Positions 17,293 through 26,302 of a stretch of DNA of 64,000 nt are shown one piece after another (position 1 is the stretch's first letter; each line of letters begins with the position of its first letter). A program made the position numbers and the translations under genes. The notes below the pieces were generated by a model, which was not told the origin of the DNA, made no database searches, and saw only the letters and a program-made list of their open reading frames with translations. Source of the stretch: an uncultured Treponemataceae bacterium (GTDB lineage Bacteria > Spirochaetota > Spirochaetia > Treponematales > UBA12059); contig CAYZZW010000001.1 of assembly GCA_964482955.1 (NCBI GenBank), positions 95,780-159,779 of the forward strand. Direction: 5' to 3'.

Positions 17293-17997
17293 ATGCGGAA
17301 CACCACGCTCGCCCTGGCCCTCGCGATCATGACGCTCGCGGACGCCGCGGCCTTCGACGTCCAGTCCCTCTCCCTCCACCTGCACCTCGCGGGCCTGTCC
17401 CGCGCCGAGGCGCCGACGGTGATGGAGGATCAGGCCGTTTTTTCGGTCAAGGGCCCCTACCGCTCGGTGGGAGCCGCCTTCGAGCACGAGGGCTGGGCGA
17501 TCGTGCATGCCTTCGAGCGGAACGCCCAGGGCGTGTTCGTGCTGGCCCTGCCCCTCCCGCTCGACTCGGAAAACCCGCTGGCGTACCGGATCGTCGTCGA
17601 CGGCGTCTGGACCCGCGACCCGGCGAACCCGTCCTGGCGCCGCGATCCGCGCACCGCGCTGGACCTGTCCGTCCTGGCCGTGCCGCGGGTCAGCTCCGAG
17701 CGGCCCGGCCTCTACCGCCTCGTTTCCGAGGACGGCCGGCTCGTCCGCTTCCTCTGGAAAGGGGAACCCGGATCGGTCGTGACGGTGGCCGGCGACTTCA
17801 ACCAGTGGGATCCCTTCCTCCACGAGCTCCGGGAAACCGAGCCCGGCGTCTTCCGGCTCGATTTGGCCCTGCCCCCGGGCCGGCACCGTTACGCGTTCTT
17901 CTATCGCGGCGAATCCCGCGCCGACCCCCTGAATCCGTCGCACGAATTCACGAAAGACGGGATGGAAGTCTCGACGGTCGAGCTGCCCGCGTACTGA
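17293..17997 (+). CDS. secreted protein with a glycogen-binding (CBM48 / AMPK1_CBM-like) domain
   Basis: Based on ORF 16945..17997, with the start at ATG 17293 (MRNTTLALALAIMTLADAAA signal). The motif VTVAGDFNQWDPFLHEL..GVFRLDLALPPGRHRYAFFYRG is typical of CBM48/E-set. Confidence 0.65.
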   Translation: MRNTTLALALAIMTLADAAAFDVQSLSLHLHLAGLSRAEAPTVMEDQAVFSVKGPYRSVGAAFEHEGWAIVHAFERNAQGVFVLALPLPLDSENPLAYRIVVDGVWTRDPANPSWRRDPRTALDLSVLAVPRVSSERPGLYRLVSEDGRLVRFLWKGEPGSVVTVAGDFNQWDPFLHELRETEPGVFRLDLALPPGRHRYAFFYRGESRADPLNPSHEFTKDGMEVSTVELPAY

Positions 17998-18041
17998 GAA
18001 CCCGTCGGACCCGCGACCGCCGGATACGGGCCGCCAGGCCA

Positions 18042-18069
18042 TTGCCAACGCCGCGCTGACACCTATACT
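18042..18069 (+). promoter_or_regulatory. promoter TTGCCA-N16-TATACT, 10 nt upstream of ATG 18080 (very short or no leader)
   Basis: The hexamers were read directly from the sequence. There is no SD between the -10 box and the ATG. Confidence 0.5.
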
Positions 18070-18079
18070 TCCTTAATGT

Positions 18080-20143
18080 ATGGCACAACCCAGAATCGCC
18101 TTCCTGCGCCTCGCGCGTAACGCGAGCCTCGCCGACCTCGTCGTGGCCGGCGCCGCACTCGTCGTCTACGCCGCGGCTTTCTTCGTGTCGTTCCCCTTTT
18201 TCGGCCGCGTCGTCGGCGTCCTGGCCGTTTTCCCGATCTTCGCGCTCGTCCGCGTCGCCGGACTTCCGGGAGGCATCGCGGGCGGCGTCGCGGTCTTCGT
18301 CCTCGACACCGTCCTGTACGCCCTGCTCGGCTACGGGGAGTCCTTCCTGTCCGCGGCGCGCCTCACGAGCTGGGGGGCGGTCACCGGGCTCGGCCTCGTC
18401 TTCGGCTTCCTCGAGGAGGTCGAAAGCGCCCGCAGGCGCGGCGAGCGGGAATTCGCCCGGGCCCTCGAGAATTCGGGCGAAGGGGTCTGGGTCCTGGACG
18501 TGAAGCGAAACCGCCTGTCCGTGAGCCCGGGCTGGTTCAAGGTCGCGGGCTGCGACCCGGCCGTCGGGATCTCGACGCTGGACGGCTTCGCCTCCCGTCT
18601 CCACCCGGACGAAAGCCCCAGGGTGCTCGACGAATTCGAACGGCTCCGCTCCGGCGCCTCCCGCGACGCCGCGTTCGAATACCGCGTCCGAGGCGAGGAC
18701 GGTTCGTGGCGCTGGCTCCACACGCGGGGCTGCGTCGCGGCGCTCGGGCTCGACGGCGCGCCCGCCCGCCTCGTCGGGGTGTCCTGCGACATGACCGAGC
18801 GCAAGAACCACGAGGACCAGCTCGTCTTCCAGGCCTACCACGACCAGCTGACGCGACTGCCCAACCGCAAGGCCTTCTTCGAGCGGGCCGTGGAGATGCT
18901 CGCTTCGGCCGACCGCTCCGTGACCGAGCGCACGCGCTCCTTCGTCCTCCTCGACCTGGACGACTTCAAGCACGTCAACGACTCGATGGGGCACAAGGTG
19001 GGCGACCTCTGCCTCCGCGCCGCGGCCGAGCGCCTGCAGCGCGCGACCCGCCGCTCGGACTTCCTCTTCCACCTGGGCGCGAACGCCTTCATGGTCGTGC
19101 TGTCGCGGACGGCGGCCGAGACCGACGCCGCCGTGTTCGCCGACAAGACGATCGCGGCGTTCGCCGAGCCCTTCGCCGTCGAGGGCTTCCAGATCTACGT
19201 CGGGCTCAGCGCCGGCATCGCCCTCTACCCGCGGGACGGGCTCGACCCGCTCACGCTCATCCGCAAGGCCGAATCCGCCCTGCGCGAGGCGAAGCGGGAA
19301 CGGAACGCCTACCGCTTCTTCTCGCCCGAGATCCAGGAGCGGGCCAAGCGGCGCGTGGACCTGCTTTCGAGCCTCCGGAAGGCCGTCGCCGAGTCCGATT
19401 TCACGCTCGCCTACCAACCCATCCAGACCGCCGACGGGCGGATCGAGAGCCTCGAGGCGCTCATCCGCTGGAAACGCCGCGACACGGGCGACGCGGTCCC
19501 CCCCGGCGAGTTCATCCCGCTCGCGGAGGAATCGGGGCTCATCGTCCGCATCGGGCGCTTCGTCCTCGACCGCGCGTTGGCCGACCTCGTCCGCCTCTCC
19601 GCCCTGCCCGACCCGCCCTCGGTGGCGGTCAACGTGTCCGCGCGGCAGCTCCGCGACCGCACCTTCGTGGCCGGGCTCCGGACCGCGCTCGAGCGTTCGG
19701 GGGCGGATCCGCGCCGGCTCAGGCTCGAGATCACCGAATCGAGCTTCCTCGAGGCGACCGACGAGATCGCGGGACGGCTCCGCGCCATTCGCGAGCTCGG
19801 CGTGACGGTGTCCCTCGACGATTTCGGGACGGGCTATTCGTCGCTCGCCTACCTGCGCGACCTGCCCATCGACGAGATGAAGATCGACCGCCTGTTCGTC
19901 CGGGACCTGCCCGACCCGAAGGCGCGGGCCATCGTCGTGGCCGTGCTCGACCTGGCCCGGGGCTTGGGGAAGCGCGTCGTCGCGGAGGGCGTGGCGAGCG
20001 CGGAAGCCCGCGACTGCCTCGCGCGCCTCGGTTGCGAACGGTTCCAGGGCGAGTTCCTGTCCCCGCCCCGGCCGATCGAGGATTTGCTTCCCGCGTCGAC
20101 TCCGGTCCCGGGTATTGACGAATCGGGCGGAACTCCGCTATAA
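18080..20143 (+). CDS. membrane-bound PAS / degenerate GGDEF / EAL protein (probable c-di-GMP phosphodiesterase)
   Basis: A 687-aa ORF with N-terminal TM helices and a PAS region (WRWLHTRG). The GGDEF site is degenerate (HLGANAFMVV rather than GGDEF). The EAL domain looks intact (LEALIRW, DDFGTGYSSL, KIDRLFV). Confidence 0.85.
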   Translation: MAQPRIAFLRLARNASLADLVVAGAALVVYAAAFFVSFPFFGRVVGVLAVFPIFALVRVAGLPGGIAGGVAVFVLDTVLYALLGYGESFLSAARLTSWGAVTGLGLVFGFLEEVESARRRGEREFARALENSGEGVWVLDVKRNRLSVSPGWFKVAGCDPAVGISTLDGFASRLHPDESPRVLDEFERLRSGASRDAAFEYRVRGEDGSWRWLHTRGCVAALGLDGAPARLVGVSCDMTERKNHEDQLVFQAYHDQLTRLPNRKAFFERAVEMLASADRSVTERTRSFVLLDLDDFKHVNDSMGHKVGDLCLRAAAERLQRATRRSDFLFHLGANAFMVVLSRTAAETDAAVFADKTIAAFAEPFAVEGFQIYVGLSAGIALYPRDGLDPLTLIRKAESALREAKRERNAYRFFSPEIQERAKRRVDLLSSLRKAVAESDFTLAYQPIQTADGRIESLEALIRWKRRDTGDAVPPGEFIPLAEESGLIVRIGRFVLDRALADLVRLSALPDPPSVAVNVSARQLRDRTFVAGLRTALERSGADPRRLRLEITESSFLEATDEIAGRLRAIRELGVTVSLDDFGTGYSSLAYLRDLPIDEMKIDRLFVRDLPDPKARAIVVAVLDLARGLGKRVVAEGVASAEARDCLARLGCERFQGEFLSPPRPIEDLLPASTPVPGIDESGGTPL

Positions 20144-20144
20144 A
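20115..20144 (+). promoter_or_regulatory. promoter of tRNA-Phe (TTGACG-N18-TATAAA) embedded in the 3' end of the GGDEF-EAL gene
   Basis: The -10 box contains the TAA stop codon of the upstream CDS. The tRNA begins 13 nt after the -10 box. Confidence 0.6.
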
Positions 20145-20156
20145 GATCGCGCTTTC

Positions 20157-20229
<73 letters not shown>

Positions 20230-20237
20230 ACCGAAGG

Positions 20238-20270
20238 AAAGGCCACCCGGCGCGGGTGGCCTTTTCGTTT
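20238..20270 (+). terminator. intrinsic terminator after tRNA-Phe
   Basis: GGCCACCCG-gcg-CGGGTGGCC followed by TTTTCGTTT. Confidence 0.8.
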
Positions 20271-20282
20271 GGTCGGCGCCGG

Positions 20283-20311
20283 TTGAGCCGGACGGCCCGA
20301 TCGCCTATACT
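20283..20311 (+). promoter_or_regulatory. promoter TTGAGC-N17-TATACT for the kinase / HD-GYP regulator operon
   Basis: It lies about 40 nt upstream of the kinase start, and a GGGAGG SD follows. Confidence 0.55.
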
Positions 20312-20349
20312 GGAAGCCGCTGGCGGGCGAACGCCGCGACACGGGAGGC

Positions 20350-21888
20350 TTGGTGGAACGAGCGGAAAAACGCCGGACGGCGCGCGCGGTTCCGATCGGA
20401 CGCTCGATCGGGTTCCGCATCTACTCGTGGGCGCTCGCCTTCGCGGCCGTGCTGGTCATCGCCGCCGGGCTCGCCGTGCTGGCGGTAGAGACCCGCTCGG
20501 TCAGGCTCGCGCTCGACGCGGGGATCGAGCAGGTGCGCGTCCGGGTCTCGGAAGTCCTCCTCGAACCACTGTGGTCCTACTCGAAATCCCAGATCGAAAC
20601 CGTCATCCGCCTCGAGATGCAGAGCCGGGAAATCCTCTACATCTACGTCCTCGACGAGAACGGACAGCCGGTCGCCGGGCTCGCGCGGGACCGGAACGGC
20701 GCGGTGACGCCGCGCGAGGCCGCGGACAACGACTTCATCCTGAAGTCGCTGTACACGACGGTCCAATCGCACCTCACGCGCAACGATTTTCCCATCGGCC
20801 TCGTGGACATCGGCTTCACCGACGTCTTCGCCCGGCGCGAGATCGCCCGGCGCTTCCTCGCGGACGTGGGCCGCATGACCGTCGTCATCGCCCTCGTGCT
20901 CGGCTTCGCCCTCGCCATCCTCAAGGCGACCGCGTTCGACCCGCTCTCCCGGATGGTGGAGACGGTCCGGCGCTTCGGCGGCCGGGACTACGCGGCGCGC
21001 ATCCCGCCGCGGAAGCGTCGCGACGAGCTGTCCGAACTGGCGGACGCCTTTAACACGATGGCCGCGCTCATCGAGTCGCACTCGGTCGAGCTCGAGCGCC
21101 TCGTCGACGAGCGGACGAAGCAGCTCGTCGAATCGGAAAAACTGGCTTTCCTCGGCAGCCTCGTGGCCGGCGTCGCGCACGAGATCAACACGCCCGTCGG
21201 CGTCGCCGTGACCGCGGCGTCGCACCTGACCGAACGCACCGCGAATCTCCGCCGGGACTTCGAGGCGGACGACCTGACCAGGTCCGACCTGGCGTCCTAC
21301 CTGGCCGAGGCGGACGAAGCGGCGAGCATCATGCTCGCGAACCTCCGCCGCGCGGGCGACTTCGTCCGAAGCTTCAAGCAGGTGGCCATCGACCAGAGCC
21401 ACGAGGAACGACGCCTGTTCAAGCTGAAACCCTACGTCGAGGAGATCATCTTCTCGCTCAAGCCGCGGCTCAAGAAGACCAGGCACGTCGTCGACGTCGA
21501 CATTCCGGACGGACTCACGCTCAACACGATGCCGGGGCTCCTGTCGCAGATCGTCACGAACCTGGTGGTCAACTCGCTCGACCACGGCTTCGAAACGGAT
21601 CAAGCCGGCCGCATCGGCATTTCGGCGCGGGTATCCGACGGCAAACTCGTGTTCGTCTACCGGGACAACGGAAAGGGCGTGCCGCGCGAAATCCAGCACC
21701 GGATCTTCCAGCCCTTTTTCACGACGCGTCGCGACCGCGGGGGGACCGGGCTCGGTCTCTACATCATCGCGAACATAGCCACCAAGCTCTCCGGATCGGT
21801 CGCGTTCGCGAGCGAGCCGGGAGCCGGCGTCGAATTCACCGTGACCCTCCCGCCGGAGACGGTCGCGTCGCAGGGAGCCGACACATGA
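20350..21888 (+). CDS. sensor histidine kinase (two TM segments, HAMP-like linker, HisKA, HATPase_c)
   Basis: A 512-aa ORF. The H-box is LVAGVAHEINTPVG. The ATPase has N/G boxes (NLVVNSLDHGF, DNGKGV, GGTGLGL). The true start may be GTG 20353, 4 nt after a GGGAGG SD. The gene overlaps the downstream regulator by 4 nt (ATGA). Confidence 0.85.
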   Translation: MVERAEKRRTARAVPIGRSIGFRIYSWALAFAAVLVIAAGLAVLAVETRSVRLALDAGIEQVRVRVSEVLLEPLWSYSKSQIETVIRLEMQSREILYIYVLDENGQPVAGLARDRNGAVTPREAADNDFILKSLYTTVQSHLTRNDFPIGLVDIGFTDVFARREIARRFLADVGRMTVVIALVLGFALAILKATAFDPLSRMVETVRRFGGRDYAARIPPRKRRDELSELADAFNTMAALIESHSVELERLVDERTKQLVESEKLAFLGSLVAGVAHEINTPVGVAVTAASHLTERTANLRRDFEADDLTRSDLASYLAEADEAASIMLANLRRAGDFVRSFKQVAIDQSHEERRLFKLKPYVEEIIFSLKPRLKKTRHVVDVDIPDGLTLNTMPGLLSQIVTNLVVNSLDHGFETDQAGRIGISARVSDGKLVFVYRDNGKGVPREIQHRIFQPFFTTRRDRGGTGLGLYIIANIATKLSGSVAFASEPGAGVEFTVTLPPETVASQGADT

Positions 21889-23435
21889 GCGCAAAAGAGG
21901 ACGCGATGACCTTCGCCGAGGACCGGAAGCCCCCCGAGCAACAGGCTCGGGACGACAAATGGAACGTCCTCATCGTCGACGACGAGGACGAGGTCCATCA
22001 CGTCACGAAGCTCGTGCTTTCGGGCTTCTCCTTCATGGGCCGCGGCCTCCGCTTCCACAGCGCCTATTCCGCGGCGGAAGCGAGGCGCATCCTGGCCGAG
22101 CGCCAGGACATCGCGGTGGCGCTCCTCGACGTGGTCATGGAGGACGACAGCGCGGGGCTGACCCTCGTGCGCCACATCCGGGACGAACTGCGGAACCCGT
22201 ACATGCGCATCGTGCTCCGCACCGGCCAGCCGGGGCACGCGCCGGAAAGCCGGGTGATCCTCGAGTACGACATCAACGACTACAAAGAAAAGACCGAGCT
22301 GACGGCGCAGAAGCTCTTCACGACGATGGTGTCGTCCATCCGCTCGTACCGCGACATCATGACCATCGAGAAGAACCGGCGCGGGCTCGAGAAGATCATC
22401 GACGCCTCCGCGCGCATCTTCGAGATCCAGTCGCTCCAGAAGTTCGCCTCCGGCGTCCTCGAACAGCTCACGAGCCTCCTCAACATCGACCGCGACGCGA
22501 TCTACTTCAACGTCGGCGGCTTCACGGCCGTCATGGACGGCGCCGGTTTCCGCGTCCTCGCCGCGACGGGGCACTTCATCCCCATGATCGGGAAGGAAGT
22601 CGGCGAGATACTCACGCCGCCGCTGGCCGGCCTCGTGGAGAAGAGCGTCGCGGAGCGCCGGAGCGCCTACGACGACGAGGCCTACGTCGGCTACATCGAG
22701 ACGAAGTCGGGTTCCAAGAACATCATTTTCCTCGACAATTGCCCGGGCCTGTCGTCCATCGACATCGAACTCATCAACATCTACTGCATGAACGTGGCGG
22801 TGGCCTTCGAGAACATCTACCTGAACCGCGAGCTCGAGGAGACGCAGAAGGAGCTCATCTTCAAGCTCGGCGAGGTGATCGAAAGCCGCACCAAGGACCA
22901 GGACACGACCGACCACGTCCGGCGCGTGGCCACCCTCGTGCGCTTCCTGGCGATCGAGCTCGGCCTGCCGGAGGAGGAGGCCGAGCTCGTGAGCGTGGCC
23001 AGCGCCATCCACGACATCGGGAAGATCGCCATACCCGACGACATCCTCCTCAAGCCCGGCAAGCTCACGCCCTCGGAACACGACATGATGAAGCAGCACA
23101 CGGTCTTCGGGCGGCGGATGTTCGAGCACTCGAAGCGGAGCCTCTTCGGCGCCGCCACGCTGATCGCGTTCCAGCACCACGAAAACTGGGACGGCTCGGG
23201 CTACCCCACGGGCGCCTCGGGCGAGGACATCCCGCTCTACGCCCGGATCACCGCCATCGCCGACGTCTTCGACGCGATGACGCACAAGCGCGTCTACCGC
23301 GAGGCGGCCCTGTCGGCGGGCGAAGCCGTGGCCTACATCGAAGCCCAGGCCGGCAAGCAGTTCGACCCGAAACTCGTCGCCCTGTTTTCCGAAAAGCGGA
23401 AAGAGCTTGCGGCGCTGGCGGGCATCCGGCCTTGA
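21885..23435 (+). CDS. response regulator with REC, GAF-like and HD-GYP domains (c-di-GMP phosphodiesterase, RpfG type)
   Basis: A 516-aa ORF. The receiver reads VLIVDDEDEV..LLDVVMEDD. The HD-GYP domain has HDIGKIAIPD and HHENWDGSGYP. Confidence 0.85.
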   Translation: MSAKEDAMTFAEDRKPPEQQARDDKWNVLIVDDEDEVHHVTKLVLSGFSFMGRGLRFHSAYSAAEARRILAERQDIAVALLDVVMEDDSAGLTLVRHIRDELRNPYMRIVLRTGQPGHAPESRVILEYDINDYKEKTELTAQKLFTTMVSSIRSYRDIMTIEKNRRGLEKIIDASARIFEIQSLQKFASGVLEQLTSLLNIDRDAIYFNVGGFTAVMDGAGFRVLAATGHFIPMIGKEVGEILTPPLAGLVEKSVAERRSAYDDEAYVGYIETKSGSKNIIFLDNCPGLSSIDIELINIYCMNVAVAFENIYLNRELEETQKELIFKLGEVIESRTKDQDTTDHVRRVATLVRFLAIELGLPEEEAELVSVASAIHDIGKIAIPDDILLKPGKLTPSEHDMMKQHTVFGRRMFEHSKRSLFGAATLIAFQHHENWDGSGYPTGASGEDIPLYARITAIADVFDAMTHKRVYREAALSAGEAVAYIEAQAGKQFDPKLVALFSEKRKELAALAGIRP

Positions 23436-23516
23436 CCTTCGTCGCGCGCGCGATACATCATCGCCCGCCGGGCGCGCGTTGACTGCCCCGGCGTCCGTTC
23501 CCCCGGAGGTGCATCC

Positions 23517-24494
23517 GTGAAAGTCCTCGTCATCGGCGGCGCCGGCTACATCGGCAGCCACGTCGTCCTCCGCTTCCTCGACTCGGGCCACGTCGTCACG
23601 GTGTTCGACAACCTGTCCTCGGGACTCCGCGAAAACCTCTTTCCGGGCGTTCCCTTCGTCGAGGGCGACATCCTCGATCCGGCGGCCCTGACGGCCGCGA
23701 TGTCCGGCGGTTTCGACGCCGTCGTCCACCTGGCCGCGCTCAAGGCCGCCGGCGAATCCATGATCGCCCCGGAAAAATATTCCGTGAACAACCTCACGGG
23801 CGCCATCAACATCCTCAACGCGATGTGCGCGACGGGCGTCAAGCGCGTCGTCTTCAGCTCGACGGCGGCCGTGTACGGCGAACCAGCCTACCTGCCCATG
23901 GACGAAAAGCATCCGACCAACCCGGAAAACTACTACGGCTTCACGAAGCTCGAAATCGAGCGCATCCTGTCGTGGTACGACCGGCTGAAAGGCGTGCGCT
24001 ACGCGGCCCTGCGCTACTTCAACGCCACCGGCTACGACCCGGCCGGGCGCGTCGGCGGTCTCGAGCGGAATCCCGCGAACCTCCTGCCCGTCATCATGGA
24101 AACGGCCGTCGGCGTCCGCAAGGAACTCAGGATCTTCGGCGGCGACTACCCGACGAAAGACGGCACGGGCGTGCGCGACTACGTCCACGTCTCCGACCTG
24201 GCCGACGCGCACCTGTCGGCGCTCGAGGCGATCACGGCCACCGACGCGAGTCTCATGGTCAACCTGGGCTCCGAAACCGGGCTGTCCGTGAAGGAGATGC
24301 TGGAGGCGGCCCGCCGCGTCACCGGCCGCCCCATCCCGGCCGAAGTCGTGGCGCGACGGCCCGGCGACCCGGCCACCGTCGTCGCGTCCGCCGGCATGGC
24401 GCGCGACCTCCTCGGGTGGAAGGCCTCCCGCAGCGACCTGGACACCATCGTCTCGACCACCTGGAACGCGTACAAGCGCGCCTTCAAGCTCTGA
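23517..24494 (+). CDS. galE: UDP-glucose 4-epimerase
   Basis: A 325-aa ORF with a GTG start 7 nt after GGAGG. It has the Rossmann motif VIGGAGYIGSH and the YGFTK catalytic Tyr/Lys motif. The length is typical of GalE. Confidence 0.85.
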   Translation: MKVLVIGGAGYIGSHVVLRFLDSGHVVTVFDNLSSGLRENLFPGVPFVEGDILDPAALTAAMSGGFDAVVHLAALKAAGESMIAPEKYSVNNLTGAINILNAMCATGVKRVVFSSTAAVYGEPAYLPMDEKHPTNPENYYGFTKLEIERILSWYDRLKGVRYAALRYFNATGYDPAGRVGGLERNPANLLPVIMETAVGVRKELRIFGGDYPTKDGTGVRDYVHVSDLADAHLSALEAITATDASLMVNLGSETGLSVKEMLEAARRVTGRPIPAEVVARRPGDPATVVASAGMARDLLGWKASRSDLDTIVSTTWNAYKRAFKL

Positions 24495-24555
24495 CCCGAA
24501 ACGGCGCCGCGACGAACCCGACGCGGCGAACCGCGCTACCCCGAGGAGGGACACC

Positions 24556-25785
24556 ATGACCACGAAAGAACAGACCTTCAAATGGATCGAGGGCCGCAAG
24601 GACCTCGCGATCGAACTCGAAAGCCTGCTCACCGCGATACCCGCGATGGCCCCGGAATCCGGCGGCGACGGGGAGCTCGCGAAGGCCGAAGCCCTGGTCG
24701 CGTGGCTCAAGGCCCGCGGCATCTCCGACATCGAGCGCCACGACGCCCCCGACCCCCGCGCGAAGGGCGGCGTGCGCCCCAACATCGTCGCGACGATCAA
24801 GGGTTCGAAGCCCGGCAAGCGCTTTTGGGTGATGTCCCACCTGGACGTCGTGCCCGAGGGCGACCGCTCGCTCTGGAAGACCGATCCCTTCAAGGCCGAG
24901 GTGAAGGACGGGAAGATCTACGGCCGCGGCGTCGAGGACAACCAGCAGGGCCTCGTCGCGTCCGTGCTCGCCGCGCTCGCCCTCGTCGAGCACAAGATCG
25001 CGCCGCCGCACGACGTGAAGCTCCTCTTCGTCGCCGACGAGGAATACGGCTCGGTGTTCGGCATCCAGTGGCTCCTCGCGAACCGCTCGCTCTTCCAGAA
25101 GGACGATCTCATCGTCGTGCCGGACGGCGGCTGCGACACGGGCACCGACATCGAGGTGGCCGAGAAGAACATCTGCTGGTTCAAGGTGGCCACCAAGGGC
25201 AAGCAGTGCCACGCCTCCACCCCGGACGTCGGCGCCAACGCCTTCCTGGCCAACTGCGAGCTGGCGCTCCGCCTGCACGCGATGGAGACCGAAGTCTTCA
25301 CCGAGCGCAACAAGCTCTTCAACCCGGACCGCTCCACCATCACCCCGACCAAGAAGGACGCGAACGTCCCGAACATCAACACCGTCCCCGCGGACGACGT
25401 CTTCTACACGGACATGCGCGTCCTGCCCTGCTACTCCGTCGATAAAGTCATCGCCGAAAGCGAAAAGCGCATGCGCGAGGTGGAGAAGAAGTACGGCGTG
25501 ACGATGACGTACGAGATCATCCAGCGCAACGAAAGCCCCGCCACCCCGGTGGACAGCCCCGTCGTCACGGTCCTGTCCAAGGCGATCAAGGACGTCTACG
25601 GCGTCGACGCCCGCGCGGTCGGCATCGGCGGCGGCACCGTGGGCGCCTACCTCCGCAAGGCCGGCTACCCGTGCGTCATCTGGGCAAAGATGGCCGAGGT
25701 CGCGCACACCCCGAACGAGTTCGCCATCCTCGACAACATCCTGGGTGACGCGAAAGTCTTCGCGGCCCTCGCCTTGCGCGAGTAG
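24556..25785 (+). CDS. M20 family metallo-hydrolase (ArgE/DapE-like)
   Basis: A 409-aa ORF. The motifs MSHLDVVP, GRGVEDNQQG and ADEEYGS are typical of M20 peptidases/deacylases. An SD (GAGGAGGG) lies upstream. Confidence 0.75.
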   Translation: MTTKEQTFKWIEGRKDLAIELESLLTAIPAMAPESGGDGELAKAEALVAWLKARGISDIERHDAPDPRAKGGVRPNIVATIKGSKPGKRFWVMSHLDVVPEGDRSLWKTDPFKAEVKDGKIYGRGVEDNQQGLVASVLAALALVEHKIAPPHDVKLLFVADEEYGSVFGIQWLLANRSLFQKDDLIVVPDGGCDTGTDIEVAEKNICWFKVATKGKQCHASTPDVGANAFLANCELALRLHAMETEVFTERNKLFNPDRSTITPTKKDANVPNINTVPADDVFYTDMRVLPCYSVDKVIAESEKRMREVEKKYGVTMTYEIIQRNESPATPVDSPVVTVLSKAIKDVYGVDARAVGIGGGTVGAYLRKAGYPCVIWAKMAEVAHTPNEFAILDNILGDAKVFAALALRE

Positions 25786-25874
25786 GCGGACGACTGCGCG
25801 GACGGCGCGTCACCGGGTGACGCCCAGGTGTTCGCGGCGTTGGCCCCGCGGGAATAAGCCCAGGACGAAGAGTT

Positions 25875-25930
25875 GCCACGAAGGACACGAAGTTCAGCCG
25901 CGAAGGGCACGAAGGAAGAGAAGAAGTAAT
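25875..25930. repeat. H element, copy b (left arm only)
   Basis: GCCACGAAGGACACGAAGttcaGCCGCGAAGGGCACGAAGGAAGAG. Confidence 0.7.
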
Positions 25931-25955
25931 ATAGTTTGAAGGCGTACTTACAGAG

Positions 25956-25986
25956 GCCCGCGGCGAATGTGCCGCGGGCTTTTTTC
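25956..25986 (+). terminator. intrinsic terminator after the M20 hydrolase gene (also the first part of the putP-flanking repeat)
   Basis: GCCCGCGGC-gaatgt-GCCGCGGGC followed by T6. Confidence 0.8.
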
Positions 25987-26115
25987 AAATTGGGCGTCGA
26001 GCGGAGCGAGACGGAAGGGGTAGCGGAAAGGAAAACCGTCGCGGACGCGGCGGCTTTCCTTGGAGCGAGGGGAAGACCTTCCCCTCCATAAAAATCGCGG
26101 GCGCTCCGGCGCGGG
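25956..26115 (+). repeat. putP-flanking direct repeat, upstream copy (uninterrupted)
   Basis: It consists of the terminator hairpin, then GGGCGTCGAGCGGAGCGAGACGGAAGGGGTAGCGGAAAGGAAAACCG, then ~30 nt, then GGAAGACCTTCCCCTCCATAAAAATCGCGGGCGC. Confidence 0.8.
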
Positions 26116-26134
26116 TCGAAGCCGCGGGAAAGAC

Positions 26135-26162
26135 TTGACGCGCGGCGGTGACCGGGGATAAT
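26135..26162 (+). promoter_or_regulatory. promoter TTGACG-N16-GATAAT upstream of putP (~140-nt leader with a GGGAGTCC/GGACTCCC hairpin)
   Basis: The hexamers were read directly from the sequence. Confidence 0.5.
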
Positions 26163-26302
26163 CGAATCGGGAGTCCGACGGACTCCCGGCCGGCGTCGTC
26201 CGGCGCAGCGATACCGGGCATCGTCCACCGCGCCGAGTCCCGACGCGTCTACGCGAACCCCGTCGGCCCCGCGCACGGTTCCCGTCCCGAAGGAGAACGA
26301 GC

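Noticed and set aside
21759-24893. A 1044-aa minus-strand ORF.
   Set aside because: It is antisense to the HD-GYP regulator, galE and M20 hydrolase genes, all of which have clear catalytic motifs. Its composition is Arg/Gly/Asp-rich.
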